From NCBI GenBank assembly GCA_965240325.2, contig OZ251230.1, positions 2,232,001 through 2,296,000 of the forward strand: DNA of 64,000 bases. Reading direction: 5' to 3'. The notes beneath the pieces are model-generated. The model worked only from the letters and a program-made list of their open reading frames with translations, was not told the origin of the DNA and made no database searches. Positions 62,401-64,000 of this stretch are shown here, piece by piece. The number at the start of each line of letters is the position of its first letter. Within the stretch, counting starts at the first letter, position 1. Source of the DNA: Rebecca billardiae RCC1528. Taxonomy: Eukaryota; Protista; Haptophyta. The translations under genes were made by a program, and so were the position numbers.

Positions 62401-64000
62401 GGCCTGGATGCGCGCGGCGGCGCCGTTCAGCCACGCCCGCCGGTCCTCGAGCGAGAACTGCCGCTCCGCCCGCCCGCGCGCCACCGCCTGGATGCGCGTC
62501 GCGGCGGCGTGTTTTGCGGGCGTGTGTAGGAATCTCGAGCGACGGCCGCGCGCGGCGGCCTGGATCGTGACGGCGGCGTGGCGCGCGTCGGCGTAGCGCA
62601 CGCGCGCGGCGCGGGCGCGCGCGGCGGTCTGGATCCGCGTCGCGCCGAGCCGCCGCCGCTCGGCGCGCAGCCGCCGCCGCTCGCGCCGCGGCTCGACCGC
62701 GCGCGCCGCCGCCGAGATAGTAGTCGCGGCTGACATCTCGAGATTGAATCTGGCGCGCGCGGCGTCGGCGCGCCGCCGGCCGCGCGCGCCGCGCCACGCG
62801 GCCTGGAGCTGGATGGCGGCGGCCTCGCGCGCGGAGAGCGCGAGCGCGCGCTGCGCCCGCGCCGCGCGCCCGCGCGCCGCCGCCTGCACCTTCGCCGCCG
62901 CCACGTGCCTCCGCTCCGCGTCCGACCGCCGCCGCGCAATCTCGGCGCGCCGCGCGCGCATCGCGCGCGACATCGGAACGCCTCGCGCCAGCATGGCTGC
63001 CGCCTCGGACTCGAGAGAGGCGTGGGCGACGCGCGCGGCGCGGAGCTCGGCCATCGCGCGCCGCGCCGCGAGCGCGCGCGCCGTCGCCTCGATCCGCGTC
63101 GCCGCCGCCAGCTCGGCGTTCGCCCGGCGCACCGCGCGCGCGCGCGCGCGCGCGAGCTGGCCGCGCCCGGCCGCGCCGAGCGCGCGCGCCGCGCACCGCC
63201 TCCGACCAGCCTCCCGCCGAGCGTCGCGCCGGCGCGCGGCGGCCTGGACGTGGGTGGCGCCGTCGCGCCGGCGGCGCGCCTCGCGCGCGTGCTTGCGCCC
63301 GAGCGCGCCGCGCGCCACGCGGCGCAGCCGATCGCCGCCCACCCGCCGCGCGTTTGCTGTGCGCGCCGCCGCGCGCCGCCGAGCGCGCGCTTGGATGCGC
63401 GTGGCCGCGGCCGCGCGCCGCGCGTCGACGCGCGCGCGCCACTGCGCGCGGCGGCGGCGTGCGCAGAGCTCGCCGTGCGCGAGCCACGCGGCGACGCGCG
63501 GGCCCGCCGCGTGCACGGGCAGCGCGACCACGCCCACCGGCGGCGGCCCCTCCTCGCCCGCGGGCGCGTCGGCCGCCGCCGCCTCGGCGGCCGGGGCGCC
63601 GGCCGCGGCCGCGCCGGCCGCGGCGCCTGCGGCCGCGGCGCCGGCGGCGGCGGGCTTGGCGCTCGGCGCGAGCGCCGGCGCGGCCTCGTCCTCGGCGGGC
63701 GGCATCTCGAAGGGCGAGTCGTCGCGCGCGCCCACGCCCGGCGCCCCGCCCTTCGCGCCCGCCGCCGCCGCCGCCGCCGCCGCGTGCGACACAGCCAGCG
63801 CGCGCGCGGCAGCGGCCTGCGTCGCGGCCGCGGCCGCGAGCGCAGCGGCGCGGGACTCGGCCGCGGCGGCGCGCGCGCGCTCGTGCGCGCGGAGCGTGGC
63901 CTCGGCGTCGGAGAGCGCGCCGGCGGCGGCGCCCGCGCCGTCGCCGCCCGCGCCCGAGCTCGCCACCTCCTCCGCCGACGCCGGCGCGTCCGCAGCCGCC
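59464..64000 (-). CDS. Large IQ-motif-rich protein (ASPM/centrosomal-type IQ array), 5' end outside the window, multi-exon
   Basis: Many IQ motifs, e.g. AATRIQARARRR, AAIQLQAAWRG, AAARIQAGARG, AATLIQAHARG and AARAIQRLWRGH. Confidence 0.8.
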   Translation of the reverse strand, partial: AAADAPASAEEVASSGAGGDGAGAAAGALSDAEATLRAHERARAAAAESRAAALAAAAATQAAAARALAVSHAAAAAAAAGAKGGAPGVGARDDSPFEMPPAEDEAAPALAPSAKPAAAGAAAAGAAAGAAAAGAPAAEAAAADAPAGEEGPPPVGVVALPVHAAGPRVAAWLAHGELCARRRRAQWRARVDARRAAAATRIQARARRRAAARTANARRVGGDRLRRVARGALGRKHAREARRRRDGATHVQAAARRRDARREAGRRRCAARALGAAGRGQLARARARAVRRANAELAAATRIEATARALAARRAMAELRAARVAHASLESEAAAMLARGVPMSRAMRARRAEIARRRSDAERRHVAAAKVQAAARGRAARAQRALALSAREAAAIQLQAAWRGARGRRRADAARARFNLEMSAATTISAAARAVEPRRERRRLRAERRRLGATRIQTAARARAARVRYADARHAAVTIQAAARGRRSRFLHTPAKHAAATRIQAVARGRAERQFSLEDRRAWLNGAAARIQAGARGRAVRRYYGPERQRAAATVQAHRRRRLAAERAAARRRATLKIQVCARSGVRAKRRVLVCACARARVRVRTPARAASRAPALCAPRATAARRPRQELAPAPPRSRARARARRAPRAARRRRRPRADVRPRLPRAADGAQAARRGARHPKVRAPAQPARALHAAAARGHSSAGSCAAARGARGARARARRRHRDRRGVARLLRPGRPRGDGGGGDADPGARARAARAPPRRPHRRRRRPTRGNGVRLARARALLERAPRRARDPAALARARGAARGAVAPARRVVLGPRARGRAHAHRRRARHGRTAARARSCARGGARRVCRRRLSRRDSAGAAAARAGGEARGADAAARGARGAARARPARRVRARPVRPRRRARRAARAARPRRHLRRGGLHGRPPAARCERARPPARAGGGAGGRRLAAARRRADALRALRRPRQRVALALRRRRLRPRTVAAAAAANIRADSAPPARAAAGPARRARAERGGPGRRGGGGAGRARRAARGARLRHRRGGRRGGRGGRLRASVVVVARDFAARRAHARRRRAPAGHGAVCADGGGLGRERGGASGHGGPVVRRRARRLRRRALAAPRRALRRPDLGVGDWREPRARGDGCDEATAMGWRRRGGGRRRALARRAGRRHHHRRLALRAHAAADPRGGPGADRGELGKRRLRPRAAGAAVRGAVSAHAGQDGVLGRAGVRHAAPRARSGASGAALLLVRRAPAHCSRRARAQPRARTRAAIVFGPFLFFPLVCVCVQDGASLLETQLSDNERLLARTDALLAAQRNKLRTTRTRMARFEARTGGTSAVRAGARHAAATAPPPAPGSERAAPGPARPARSWDPPLDTTYVEPPVPPSTAGRGASAFSSSYGGGFGGAGLLRSGLSSARANHMSVSASTSLLHTYGGPSRTRALGALQAEHALATDPRARAQSQSEIAAGSAHALARARRADEQGGGGASAATAQRDSPPPPPPRPVW

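Overview
This is eukaryotic, extremely GC-rich genomic DNA with short GC-rich spliceosomal introns (GTGCGC...GCGCAG). Together with a plastid-targeting signal and flagellar genes, this suggests an alga with a red-derived secondary plastid, most likely a haptophyte such as a Pavlovales/Diacronema-like species (inference only). Conserved genes: a filamin-domain + Sfi1-like Trp-repeat giant protein, RBMX2/Snu17 with a C-terminal HIND motif, a plastid ClpS-like adaptor, an ABCB half-transporter, a GPR180/TMEM145-like protein, Mps1/TTK, SDHAF2, CEP104, a DUF218 protein, an ankyrin-MYND protein, a Dispatched/Patched-like protein and a 5'-truncated IQ-motif protein. Between them lie repeat-rich blocks (about 1-7 kb, 35-44 kb and 48.6-55.3 kb). 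In these blocks several unrelated non-autonomous TIR elements sit in or next to long (TA)n tracts. There are also a 1.1-kb foldback element with a target-site duplication, nested MITEs, perfect palindromes, and a 3.3-kb near-tandem duplication carrying an unrecognised protein family with three paralogues in the window. I could not recognise a transposase, rRNA, tRNA or CRISPR array. All coordinates were read by eye and exon boundaries are approximate.
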